Assembly: GCA_046563655.1 (NCBI GenBank)
Contig: CM102283.1
Coordinates: forward strand, 8,866,001 to 8,930,000
Direction of reading: 5' to 3'
Length of the DNA stretch: 64,000 bases
From: Yuukianura sp. NJ FZ-2021
Lineage: Eukaryota
Part shown: one piece after another, positions 12,801 to 25,820 of the stretch
Numbering within the stretch: position 1 is the first letter of the stretch
How the letters are laid out: the number at the start of each line of letters is the position of its first letter
The notes under the pieces: generated by a model
Databases searched by the model: none
The model's input: the letters and a program-made list of their open reading frames with translations, nothing else
Told to the model about the DNA's origin: nothing
Program-made: the position numbers and the translations under genes

Positions 12801-15800
12801 AATTTCATACAAACTGAAACAGTATCTGCTCAGAATCTCTCGTCATGAACTTGAAAACATAAATTTCAAAAAACTGAAATTATGCAAGAAGACAAAATTT
12901 CAAAAACCCCAAATTTTGCAAAACATAGACATTCAAAAAACTGAAATTCTGTAAACCATAAAATTTCAAAAAACTCTAAATTACAAATGATAAGTGCAGA
13001 ATTCTTTCCCGTTTTTGCCATTTTCTTAATTGGATGTTCTTGAACTTTTAAAAAATGAGAAATACTGTAGCAAGGAAAATCGCTTTGAAAAATTGGCACA
13101 CAGAAACAAAAGAAAAGAAGAAAGATCGGAAGCAATTCCCTTAAATTTTTTTCCCGGGAGAGGGAGATCATAAAATATTGAAGAAGTTTGTTCCACTTTA
13201 TCTTCCTCCAAATTCCATAAGATGAGATTAGACCTCCCATAAATCATTTCCGAATTGGCAGAAGTCAAATGGTCCACAAAAAGAGGCAAAAAATGGTGGT
13301 TTAGTTTCAGAACAGAGAGCCCATTTAATTAAAACTTTCAGCCCTTTCCATCATCCAAAAAACCAGAAAAGTCAGCAATCCGCAGATTCCTCACCGCGAG
13401 GATTCGAAATTCGTACACTTCAAAAAACCTGGAACTCAAGAGGAACCCCGCTATTTCAAAAATGAAACGTGCCAAAATTATTAGATGTTGGAAAGTTAAC
13501 GTTCCAAAAAAAATCCAAATACGGACATTGCTGAAAAGTTGTGAGCCGTGTCAAACGCCCCACCGTAAAATTTAAACTTTAGAGAACAAAAAAAGTGGAA
13601 TTGGAGACAGAGCACAGCTTCACGCATCTCCTTTTAAATTCAGAATTCATCAACAATGGTCCGGAAAAAATTATTCGGCCGGGAGGCGAAACATGGCAAA
13701 ATGTGACGAAAACCCCCAGCAGGAAACAAAGAAGCGTTGAACCGGTGCAAAAATGTCTTTTTCCCATGTCGTTTTTTTCATGTTGCTTCCTTTAAAAAAA
13801 GACCGGATGAAATCCATTTGTACTCTTTTCTTCACAATATTTACAATTTACAATTTGCAGTTTACTTCCTCTCTTCCAAATGGACTTGACACATTGATTT
13901 ACAGCACTCAAAAGAACAGGATACGGGCGTCTTTTGTACCAAACAAAAAACTCAGACATATTGAAAAGGGTGGAGACAGCAAACTTCTGCATTTCCACAC
14001 TCAAAAACTACGGGATGTGTAAAGAAAAATACGGGATGTGTAAAAATTAAGATCTTCTGCATGTAAATTTTTTACACGCGTGAAGAAACTCCGAAGACGC
14101 TGCAGATTTTTCTAGTTATCGTAAAATGGTGCCAAATTTACGCAAAATCTAATTACTCTTTTTGCCTCGGGAGAAATCGAACAACGTCAACTAAAATCTG
14201 TACTCAAATGGCAAAGTCTCAAGATGAAACGACGAAAACAATAGAAATGGTGATTGAAAGTTAAGATAAGCACAAGAAAGATGAACTGTGAGTCTGAATG
14301 GCACAATCCAGGCGTTAATTACATTTTTTCCAATTCCGGTGCCAAAAACAAGCCGACTGGCAAAAATACAAAACAAAATTCAGTGCAAATATTTTCTAAA
14401 AGGTCATTCTCCCGCAGCCTCAACAAATCAAAAAACAAATTCTTCAGCCTGCAAAAAAAAAATCCAAAAATCAACATCCTAAAAAAAGACAATTCCAGAT
14501 CCCCCTCTCCATTTTTGATTTCGTAAAAAACAAGCGTCATATTTGAAAGCCCCTCCACCGATTCCACTCCGTCTAAAACAAAAGTGATTAAAGATTCAAA
14601 TCCATCCGCTCTCAAAACTTTAGTTTGCTCAATTCTTCTAGGTTCAACTGGAGGATTTTCAATAATTTAAAGTCAACGACACCCCAGTGCCGAATAAATT
14701 TGACAGAATTAAATTCCATATAATTCCAGAAGAGACACACAACTTTGGCTGAAACAGAAGGAAGAAACAGATTCCAATGAAACAAAGTGCCTTTCTACCC
14801 CAATGAATTCCTCGTCCTTAAGCCCGTTAACTTGATCAATCACACTTGAGTGCAGCTTAGCACTTTCAAACTCACAATCACCCGTCCCACTCCGCCTTAA
14901 GACCGCCACCAACTTATTTCAAACATGAATTCAGCTCAGCCCGGAAGAAGATGACAAAATTCAATTAATTTCTTTTCTTGAATTTTTTTAAACCCTGCAT
15001 TTCCTCTTAGCAGCCAACTTTTCTCCTTCTGCACTGCAAATGAATAAATAATTGTTATTTTAAATGAGAGGAGACAGCAGGAAGAGCTCCACTCCATTTG
15101 TACAAGGTAAAATATAAGTTCAGGAAGTCACTGAACCAGAAAATGTTAAAATCCTAAACTCCTTTCCGCCTCAATCAGCCACGCGTTTGTGTCAGTCTAG
15201 GCCTAGCATATGTTACACCCTCCAAAAAGAAAATTTAAAAAGCTCTTCTCCCAATTTTAAAAATTTTGAACACACGACTAAACACTAACCTGTTCCACGC
15301 ATTCACCCCAACTCAAATTTAATTGAATCTCAAGAGAAATTGAACGTAAACTCTTCCTAGAATTTACAAAATTCGAAAATGTAGAACCGAAATTTTTTTT
15401 ACTTCAAATTTTAGAATTAGTTAGTATCTGCTTAGGAGAAAAACTGTAGCAAAAAATTTCCGCTTTCGAAAAAAGTTCCCCGAAAAAGTTCAACTTTCAC
15501 CACTTTTTTTGCACTGAAAAACCACGAACTTTCGGCCTCTAAAAACAAATTGTGCCAAACCTAACAAATTCCAAACAAATCCGTTAAAACTCGAAACGTC
15601 GAAGGTTAGCATAATAAATCTTTGCAAAAAACGAAAAAAAGGAAAAACCAATTAAACTTGGCAGCCATTTCGCAATAAACAAAACGAAAAAAAAGGAAGA
15701 AAATCGTGTAGCAGTTGTTCCACTGCTGTCAATTTTTTAAAACAAAAAAATCCTCCTCCAAAAACGTTTTTTCTTCTTCTTTTTTTTTTAAAGAAACCCA

Positions 15801-18212
15801 GGTGATTCCATTAAGTTGTTAGTTCAGCTTGGGCCTCAAATGTTCAAATCAAATCCAATTTCTTGAAAAATTTCAGCTCCATTTGCCCTCCTTATTTCCA
15901 GAATTCTACAAAATCGAAACTTGTTCTACCGCTACACTTTTTCAAAGTCTCCTTTGCTCAGCATTCCTCGGAATTCCTGAAAGTTCAACCCGACTTTTAA
16001 AGGAAAACAAGAATGAAATTTTCCTTAGAACGAAGCTATACCTTAAATTCAATTCCCTTAAGTCCCCTTACAAATTCCCAAAGTTTAACAATGGCCTATA
16101 GCTTGTTGCTCGCTTCTTCCTAAATAAGGGCCCTCTGGAGCACGTTCTACCTTAACAATAACGACAAAGGGCACCTCCCTTCCAACACTACAAGATATAT
16201 TCATCCAAATTCAATGTCACGGAACGAAGTACGCAGTTCCAAGCACCAAGGAAGAAGGGGGCCCTTAAGCAATTCCTACTTAGCTCCAAGCAATCTTCCT
16301 CACCTGGTGACCCTTATAGTACTTCCATTCTTCAAGTTTAAGTTTCCATCTTATAAACAACAATTCAATGGCCGATACAACAGCAAGAACAAGAAAGAAA
16401 AAAATTCAACAAAAAATCCCGTTTCCTTTTTCCATTCTCATCTTTTTTCTTCCAATTCCAGCTCCAAAAGTACTTTAAACTTTTCCTTCCAGAAGTTCCA
16501 GTTCCTGTCAAATAGTCCATCTGCTTCCCCTGCTTTTCAAATAAATTTTTTTTAAACTGTTTTTGTCTTGTCCTATCCTACATTTTCTTGTTTCGAAATC
16601 TCCAAATCTGAAAAGTTCAATTTATGCCTCTATTTTTCCCTCCAAGGCATAAACACAGAACATCTTCTACCTTGAGGGCATTTTCTAAATTTTCTTTTGA
16701 CTAACGTATCTACCAACTGTGCTTCTTCTTACTTCCAAAAAACCACTTCACACATGACAGGTAAGAAGCGGATGCCATTTTAACTTCCATGCCCATCCTA
16801 CCATCTTCAAATTTTCAACAAGATCCACCATATACTAAACAGTATAGGGAGCGTAAATTTCCACGCCATTGTCTAACCGCCAACTCCAAACAGTTTTGGT
16901 ACCTTATAAGTACACGTTATCCAATACGCTTTTTAATTCACGCATATATTACTCACATTAATCATTCCTCAATTCTTGATTACCTTAGGGTTTTGCACAT
17001 CATCACAAAAAATTAACTCAGCAAGGTTTCAAATTTTACTGGCCACAATTTATAAATTTTCCACACTTTGGAAATTTTACATTCCACGTTTTATATATTT
17101 TGCACATTTTAGGCACAAATTTAAGCGCTTTAAATTCCACGCTTTTTTTCTTGCAACAACTTCCAGCACAAGGTTAGCCTAAAACGGTGTAAAAACTTAA
17201 TTTATGAAAGCAGGAAAAAAAAATTTCAAAAAATACAACGGTGACAAATTCCAACCACGATTTACAAGTTTATGTAAAATGTGAAAAAAAAATTCTGGAA
17301 AAGACACAGCTTTGCCTTCTAAATTCTATCTGTCGGAGAATCCAAAATTTAGGTTAATAAATATTCCGCTCCGATTCTAACTTTCGGTTTTCATGAACAA
17401 CACGTAGACATTCATGGTAAAACCTTAGTCTTATGCAGGAACAACTCTTGGTGGTGGAAACAGGTAAGAAAGATTTAGTGCCAATGTATAGCCAGTTTCA
17501 CATGGATGCACCAAACTGGAACTTCCTCATGTTGCCATCCACCAAAAGACATAAAAATAACTTTTCTAGGCGTGAAGTTGATGTTGTTGTTGGTTTAAAA
17601 ATAAAAAATTCTACCAACTTTATGTTCCTAATATTTTACTTTTAAGACGGAAGGAAAGTTAATGGATTAAAAGGCGCTGCTCCTTCCAGCCTCCTTCCCA
17701 CTTCTAAAACTTATCACGACAAACTGTACTGAAGAGGCTGGAGTGGAGCTTAAGCTTAGCAAAACTAAGACTTGGGCATTACTCAACTGTTTTCCTTTTC
17801 CGTGTCTTCCGTATTTCACTTTCGACCCACGGCTCCACTTTCCCCGGGAAAAAAATGTTCTGATGGGGAGAAAGTTTAAAAAAACGGAAACATCTTCATC
17901 CCGGGAGCCATAAAATAGCCGCAGCTTAATAAACGACCAAAACCCTCAAAGATCTTAAGAATCTTGTATTCTTGCTGGAGTTTCTCCATTTAATTAATTC
18001 TGCGATTAAAATGCAAAAGTTGTGGTTGAAGCAAGCGTTGAGAAAGCAAGGTATCCTAATGATAAGTTTCGGACTAATCCCACCATCTTTGCGTTTGCAT
18101 CTCTCTCAGTTAAATTAAAACAAAGAGTCGTCCGTTGTGCTCGAATGCTGTCCAAGCATCGCCGAGTAGCTAGCAAGTATCAAGCACAAGTATCAAAAGT
18201 GTTGTTCTTACC

Positions 18213-19580
18213 GTGAACGTAGAGCCATCCTTCCAGTCGACATGGATAGACAATCTGCGGTAACTTGGTGACAGTATACGGGTTCCTGTTCTTCCGAAGG
18301 AGTGCACGGAGTTGACTGGATGTCAGCCGAGTTTGATTGCAGCAAAGACTACTACTTGATTGCCTAGTGAGTCTCATTGTGTTTGTTCTTCAGAGAGTAG
18401 ACAAGACCAAGGTAAGGTTGGAATCCAAATCCACGAAGAGCAAACAGTTTCAGTGTAGAGTCAAAAGCAAAGCAACCATCTGTGGATGACACAATGAGAC
18501 AATTTTAACAAATACGGTGAATAGTAATCAGTGTGACAATTGGGAAGTGGGTGATAGATTCCACAAGTTCGACAGAAAACTTACGCCTTTTGTTGCGATG
18601 ATTTGCAAATTTCAAGAGTGGGTCTCGTGTCAACTGAATCAAAGCATCTTCAACCTCAACGTTGACACTTCTTGTTGTTTTGTAATTTCCGTGTGGCCAA
18701 CATCAACCAGTTCTATTACTTGACGTTGTTCTTGTTCAGTTAGTGGTTCTTGGTCATGGTTAGTAAGATTCCTTTCCTGAAATAGAAAAAAAAATAGAAT
18801 GAGGAAATGTCGCAGAATTTTTCTAGAAACAGAACCAGTAGTAAGTTCATGTTAACATAAACATTTTGAGTCTGACCAATAGGAATAGTAAATAGGAGAT
18901 TTTTCGGGAAGTCGGCAGAGCATATGAGACGGGAAGTGGATTAAGATAAGACATTGAATATACTGTCCCTATTGTTTATTTAACATAGACCACCAGATAC
19001 TAACAAAGAGGCCTTTAACTGTTAAGTTCGGACAATGACAAGCAACCAGTCGTCGTCCCACCCAACTGCGTTGCAATTGTGCGACACCGAACTAATCTCA
19101 ACTTAAACTTTTGCCTGTCCAAGTCCGTCCCTCTAGGCTGCTAAAGTCGATCTCTTATCGTTGTGTCCAGTACTACATATGAAAACATCCCCCCTTATCC
19201 AAGTACACTTTGTTGACGAAAGATCTTCGGGAAGGAAATCGTCGGGTACGTCAAGGTCAAATCCCAGACATAACAATCCAACGTATACAAGATCGGCCGA
19301 TCGACGAAAGCTGAAAAAATCGGTATATGTAAACAAACGTTACAACACTTACATGATTTGATGAAGGTGGAGCAGTAGAATCAAAAAATCAATTCTCACA
19401 AGTTGGTTATCGCCGGTGTTGAGTCCGCGACGTTTTAGATACGTCCTGGAGGTGACGAAGTCTTCCCAAGACACTTTTTAGTTTGCGAACTGTCAATTGA
19501 TAATTGTTTATTGACAATTGGAGATTCAGTTGAAGAGACAAAGAGAACCCACCTTCCAGAACAACGTCTGAGGAGAAACT
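18213..19580 (-). pseudogene. Spliced-looking unit with disrupted reading frames (pseudogene or lncRNA)
   Basis: Inr-like TCAGTT at ~19580 and a series of canonical donors and acceptors (~19532, 19352, 19311, 18777, 18584, 18480, 18211). Protein-like fragments (DQEPLTEQEQRQVIELVD / VNVEVEDALIQLTRDPLLKF / LFALRGFGFQPYLGLVY) fall in different frames or are broken by stops. Confidence 0.3.
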
Positions 19581-19807
19581 GAAGAGGAAAGTGTGGAGGA
19601 CTCTTTTTTGTTTCCCTCTCTCGGCTGATCTCGTGCTTGCTTTCTCCTCTCCTTGTGTCCTCCCTCCTCTGCATAGTTGGGCACCAATTTCAAATTTATG
19701 GCGCCCTCCCGCCATCTTTCCCGCCAAATTCAAAAACAACTTTCTCAAAATGCCCCAATTCATCCGAAAACTTAAACGACCGGGAAAATTAAACTTTGAA
19801 AAAAAAA

Positions 19808-20058
19808 CTTAGTATTTTTTGTGTTTGTAACGTTTACGCTAATTTTTCACTCAAAAACGAAAATGAGCACCGAATGTCGTTTGAAAAACGTTTCTAACGT
19901 CTTTCTCAACATGCCCCAAATACCATCCCAAAAATGAAAGGTCACGGGGAAATAGTCTTTGAAAACGAAAAACTTACTCTTTTTTGCAACGTTTACTACA
20001 ATTTTGCACTTAAAAACGAAAGTAAGTACCAAAATGTCGTTTGACAAACGTTTCTACC
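19808..20058. repeat. Imperfect ~90-bp direct repeat, period ~160 bp
   Basis: aaaaacgaaaatgagcaccgaatgtcgtttgaaaaacgtttcta (~19852) versus aaaaacgaaagtaagtaccaaaatgtcgtttgacaaacgtttcta (~20012), with similar upstream flanks. Confidence 0.7.
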
Positions 20059-20289
20059 GTTGGAGGTTCAAACACTTGATAATTTTCATTTATTTTTTAA
20101 TATGTCTACTACTTGATGACTGCGGTGGTAAACGGGATACTTTTGAGTCGTCCGGTTGTGACTTGGCTGAACTCTGAGTGTTTCCACTATAAAAATTTTG
20201 CAGTGATGCTCATTCAGTTGAGTTTATTATTATTTTAACATTATATGAATTAATTGTTAGACTAGTAACTTCGTTTCTTCCTGTTCATC

Positions 20290-21652
20290 CTACCTTTTAG
20301 AAAAAGCACTCAATAGTTCAAGTGGAAGCGGAAATATAACTGTAGAGTTCTTTTCGGCTGCAATTGTGCCCAACGTTTGTAAATACCGCAACTGAAACCC
20401 AGAAAAATTACTAGAAACGTATTTTACGTTTTCGCTTTTGATTGTTTTGAAAATGTTACCTGAAGTGCTGCAGGACTAGCAACCATGACATCAGCTGCTT
20501 GTTTCAGCGCTTTGGAAGCATCCAGCTCACCCTCGGCAGCGATCACTTTAGCTCGAGCTTCTCGTGTCGCTTCGGCTTCAGCGGCCATAGCACGCTGCAA
20601 CTGCATTGGAAGTCGAACGTCTCGCATTTCCACTCTTTCCACTTGAACACCCCACGGGTCAGTGGCTTCATCCAGCAGCGTTTTCAATAAATCCGCAATC
20701 GCTTCACGTTCACTCAAGATTTCAGTAAGTTTCTTGGTTCCTAGAACATTTCGAAGTGTTGTTGAAGCTAGCAGCTGAGTAGCATTACTGAAATGGGCAA
20801 TACAAATTCAAACGTTATCAATCAGGCAAGTCATGAAATGTCTTTTTAGTACCCACCGATAGTCACCAACGTTAGCAACGGCGACAACTGGATTGAAAAC
20901 GCGATAGTAGATGACCGCATCTACTTGGACAGTCACCGAGTCACGTGTCAGAACCTATGAATTGTTTGAAATTTTATCGAAAACGTTTTGAAACGTTCTG
21001 CAACTTGACATTTTTTGAAACTTACTTCCTGTGGTGGAATGTCGTAGAACATTGTACGCAGGTCGACGCAACGATAATCGTCAAGACACGGAAGAATGAA
21101 AAACGTTCCAGGTCCACGAGCACCTAAAATTTCAAATAAATTTATTGGCGCCAAATCTCTGTTTTGAAATAATAGGTGGCGTGTTTGACCTCACCTCCAG
21201 TTCTAAGACGCCCGAGGCGAAAGATGATTGCTCGCTCATACTCTCTAACAACCTGCAAATTACACTTTACACAAAAAGTTTCAAAAATTTGCCGCTAAAA
21301 TTCAAAAATTAACCTTGAAGCAGAACCAAATAGAGATGGGAAATGTTAAGATCACGAGAACTGTACTGAAGAAAGCCGCCAGGCATTCCACAACCCCGCC
21401 ACCACCTCCTCCTCCGACTAAAATTTATTAAAAATCCGTAAATATGTAAATATAATTGTATAAATATTTAAAACATAAATATAATACATGCTTAAATTTT
21501 ATTGCTTTACTTGGTGTGTGAGTCTCGGACGTCCCTTTCTTAACATCGGATTTCGGTTGTTGCTGCTGAGGCGGTGGACGTTGTTGTTGCAATTCATTGC
21601 TGACTTGCGTCTGTGGCGCGAAGTTTTGTCTGGAGTTTGAAGGGTTCGCCAT
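20290..21652 (-). CDS. Stomatin / band-7 (SPFH) protein, paralogue A, 7 exons, 309 aa
   Basis: Exons 21652-21511, 21417-21314, 21252-21195, 21123-21026, 20954-20857, 20787-20460, 20391-20290; all introns GT-AG and in frame. Motifs: hydrophobic hairpin [73 protein letters not shown]. Confidence 0.95.
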
Positions 21653-21969
21653 TGTGTTAAATTGACGCCAAATATTTATGTCGCAAGAATCAACGTAAAC
21701 TTCAATGACCTTGAACGACGACGCATGACCGGACCTCGCCTCGGAATTGAGTCAAAAACGAAACGAAAACGAAGAATTGTAGCCTTGGTGACAACAAAAT
21801 TTTCCATAATATATCTTTATCATACAAATTGTGAAAAATTTACTTCAAATTTAAATTTTGAAAGTTTGTAATACTATAAAAATAGTTATTTTATAGTATA
21901 TATTATATGTTTATATAAAAATAGTTATTTTATAGTGACGTCGGTGGTTTCTTTCTTGTGTGAAGAAAC

Positions 21970-23340
21970 TTAGCGTCGAGCGAAAGGCGCCAAGAGGTCA
22001 ATCGGCAGCGGGAAAATAATTGTGGAGTTCTTTTCAGCAGCAATCGTCCCGAGAGTTTGCAAATAGCGCAACTGAAATCCAAATTTTCTCGTTTTTGAGT
22101 CAAATTCCGATATATTTTTTGGAAAATGTTACCTGAAGTGCTGCAGGACTGGCAACCATAACATCCGCAGCTTCTTTAAGCGCTTTAGAAGCATTCAGTT
22201 CACCCTCTGCAGCGATCACTTTAGCTCGAGCTTCTCGTGTCGCTTCGGCTTCAGCGGCCATAGCACGCTGCAACTGGGCTGGAAGTCGCACTTCGTTCAT
22301 TTCGACTCGTTCCACATCTACTCCCCAAGGTTCAGTAGCTTCATCCAAGGTTGATTTGATTGTTGTAGCAATATTTTCACGATCAGTCAACAGTTCAGTC
22401 AGCTTTTTAGTTCCGAGGACATTCCGAAGCATTGTGGAGGCCAGAAGTTGAGTTGAATTTCTGAAAGGCGGGAAAAATTTGAACTGAAACTGAAAATTTC
22501 AGCGACTGCGCATGTCACAAAACCGAACTTTGTAGCGACATACCGGAAGTCACCAACGTTGGCCACGGCGACAACTGGATTGAAAACGCGGTAGTAGATG
22601 ATTGCATCCACTTGAACCGTCACTGAATCATGTGTCAGAATCTAAAATTTTTCAGTTTTAGAAAAATTTGTTTCGAAATTTTATTTTTGTGAAAATAAAT
22701 TTTTGTAAACCTTACTTCTTGTGGTGGAATGTCGTAGAACATTGTGCGCAGGTCAACACAGCGGTAGTCGTCAAGACACGGAAGAATGAAAAACGTTCCA
22801 GGACCACGAGCACCTAAAATCAGTTTCAAAAAAGTCAAGGTCATCAATTTTTTTTTTAAATTTGAAGTGACCTTTGACCTCACCTCCACTACGAAGACGG
22901 CCCAGACGAAAGATGATTGCTCGCTCATACTCTCTGACAACCTGAAAAATTACATTTCCTTAAAAAGTGTTTAAAAATTTGGCACGATTTTTGAAAAGTG
23001 TTCGAAAACCTTGAAGCAGAACCAAATCGTGACTGGAAACGTCAAAATCACGAGAAGCGTGCTGAAAAAAACGGCCAGACATTCGACTATCCCGCCACCT
23101 CCACCTTCCACTAAAATTTAATTAAAAGTTAATTAATATTTTAATAATTTTTCTAAAACATCTTAATTTTAATGCTGTTCTTTGTGACTTACTTGCTTTG
23201 TGCGACTCCTTTACGTTCACATTTGGATTTGTGATTGGCTGTTGCGACTGCTGGCCCATTGGCGCCTGAGGTGCGTTAGGACCAGGTTCACCCTGCGGCG
23301 GACCACCAAAGTTTTGTCTCGAATATGCTGGAGTGGCCAT
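21970..23340 (-). CDS. Stomatin / band-7 (SPFH) protein, paralogue B, 7 exons, 310 aa
   Basis: Exons 23340-23193, 23110-23010, 22941-22884, 22813-22716, 22641-22544, 22460-22133, 22071-21970. Same intron positions and motifs as paralogue A. Confidence 0.95.
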
Positions 23341-24225
23341 TACAAAAACTTTTTGAAAATCTTAGCGCTAAATGTGATCTCAAACGTTACAAAAAATCGC
23401 AAATTCAAAAAAAAAAAATTCTTGGAGTTTTTCCTCCCGTTTTATATGCTTGACAAAACTTTCTCAGCCCTCTGTAGCCATGTAAACAACGCTTGAAGTG
23501 AAAACATAAAGTTGTCTCTGGTCTCCAAGGAAACAAAGTTTAAAAAAGTCAAAAAATTTTGTAAAGCTTTCAGATTTTGAGAAGTGGCAAAACTGAATAG
23601 ATGCATTTTATGGCTTGCACTTGTAACTTTATTTAATTAGAAGAAAACTAAGGTTATTGTTGGTGTTTTGTATAACAAATCATGCACTTTCAACAGGGGT
23701 CAAAGACACTTCAAGTTCAGGGGAAACGGAAGAGGTCAACAGGTCAAATACTATGGCAAAGGAACTTTTAGCTCTAAATTCAAATATTCCGCTCCATCAC
23801 CCACTACACCGCTTAAATTAGTGTATTCTTAATGCAAATTCTTATTTTACCTAGATACTTTTAACAATTTTTTAACTTTCTTAAACTTTTTTAACACTGA
23901 TTGCTTAGCTCTTTTTAAATTTATGACTGTACAGTTTTTTTTTGAGCATCAAGTTATATTCACATGCACCATAATGAGCACAAAAACCAAAATTTTGAAA
24001 CTTAATATGGTGTCGGTGTGAAAAGTTTTTTGTTCTTAAAAAATGATCCACTTTAACTAGACTTATATAGACAGCCTAACTTAAAAATTATCAATTTGAA
24101 CAAAAAGTTATAGACTTTTGAAATTTGGAACGATTGGCACAGTCAAAGATATGCTTTTTTATCTAACAATTTAGTACACAAAATCTTCTTTTGAAATTTG
24201 AAATCAAAAAGGTCAATATTGTAAT

Positions 24226-25234
24226 TAAGGGTCGGAATCCGGATTTTGGCTCCGGATTCAAATCCAGATTTTTGACGGATTCGGATTATCCAAAATCCGG
24301 ATTTTTAAATACTGAAATCCGGATTTCTACGGATTTCAAGAGCTATTCGAGGGCATGTGTGGTATAAAAAAAAAATAGCCAACCTCAGATTTACTCAATT
24401 TCAGGGTTCGTAAAATATCGTATTTTGTATTGTTGTGCCAATGTTGTGCTAATGTTGTGCTAATGTTGTGCCAATGTTGTGCTAATGTTGTGCCAATGTT
24501 GTGCCAATGTTGTGCCAATGTTGTGCCAATGTTGTGCTAATGTTGTGCCAATGTTGAGCCAATGTTGTAATGTTGTGCCAATGTTGTGCCAATGTTGTAA
24601 TGTTGTGCCAATGTTGTAATGTTGTGCCAATGTTGTGCCAATGTTGTGCTAATGTTGTGCCAATGTTGTGCCAATGTTGTGCTAATGTTGTGCCAATGTT
24701 GTGCCAATGTTGTGCTAATGTTGTGCCAATGTTGAGCCAATGTTGTAATGTTGTGCCAATGTTGTGCCAATGTTGTAATGTTGTGCCAATGTTCTAATGT
24801 TGTGCCAATGTTGTGCTAATGTTGTGCCAATGTTGTGCCAATGTTGTGCTAATGTTGTGCCAATGTTGTGCCAATGTTGTGCTAATGTTGTGCCAGTGTT
24901 GTACCAATGTTGTAATGTTGTGCCAATGTTGTGCTAATGTTGTGCTAATGTTGTGCTAATGTTGTGCTAATGTTGTGCTAATGTTGTGCCAATGTTGTGC
25001 CAATGTTGTGCTAATGTTGTGCCAATGTTTCATTTTTTTTCAACACTAGTAATTTGATTCAAAAAATAAACACGCCGAATTTATCATCAAGGTTTTAGCT
25101 ACGAGTGTTTCCAACCTGCAATTCCGAGTTAACACAGAGATTGAAATCCGGATTTAAATCCGGATTTCAGGATTGAAATCCGTCAAAATCCGAAATCCGG
25201 ATTTTAAGAAACCCGTTCCGGATTCCGACCCCTA
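24226..25234. mobile_element. hAT-type non-autonomous element (MITE), 1009 bp
   Basis: TIRs taagggtcggaatccgga / tccggattccgaccccta. Perfect 8-bp TSD attgtaat (24218-24225, 25235-25242). Palindromic aaatccggattt motifs are repeated subterminally at both ends. Confidence 0.92.
24430..25030. repeat. 11-bp minisatellite (aatgttgtgcc/aatgttgtgct) with 8-bp variants (aatgttgt)
   Basis: Directly visible, about 55 units, inside the hAT element. It is the source of the spurious AQHWHN / LCQCC ORFs. Confidence 0.97.
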
Positions 25235-25820
25235 ATTGTAATACATGTTGAAAGAATCCAAAAAAACACTTTGAAAACTAAACAAAAAAAAAATGAAAAA
25301 CAGATTTTTGGAATATGTTAAGCGCTTTTAGACCACACTTAATTGTTAAAGTTAAGACAAGGCAAAATTCTTAATTTCTATTTTAATTATAATATATTTA
25401 GTTAATTGCGTGTTAATTATTTAATTAAATTGATTTAACAAATGTTGAAGAAGCAATTTAGTCTAAAGATCCACTACCATTAAAATGAGTTCACAGATTT
25501 GGAGTAAATTTAGAAGTGACTTTAACTTTATAGTTTTAACCATAATTTAAACCTTAGTTTTAACTTTCGTTTTAACTTTAGTTTTAGCTTTAGTGGTAAG
25601 GTGTGTAGAAATCGAGGTCATAAGCTTTGAATTGCGTGTTACAGTGATTGTGTTTTCAACTTGATTAGTTTTTATAAAGAGTTTTTTGCGACTGCCTGCC
25701 AAGTTGTATCGTTGTCACATGATGCTGGTCCACTGTTGTTGACATGAAATTTGAACTAGTGTTTTCGCGGGTACTTGAAGGGTCACGTGATTTTTGGGGG
25801 GTACTTGAGGGGTCCCGTGA

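Noticed and set aside
14709-14912. 67-aa minus-strand ORF
   Set aside because: Non-ATG start, no domain, and no convincing flanking splice sites.
24336-24797. Repetitive ORFs (AQHWHN.. / LCQCC..) resembling metal-binding proteins
   Set aside because: They are translations of the 11-bp minisatellite inside a MITE.
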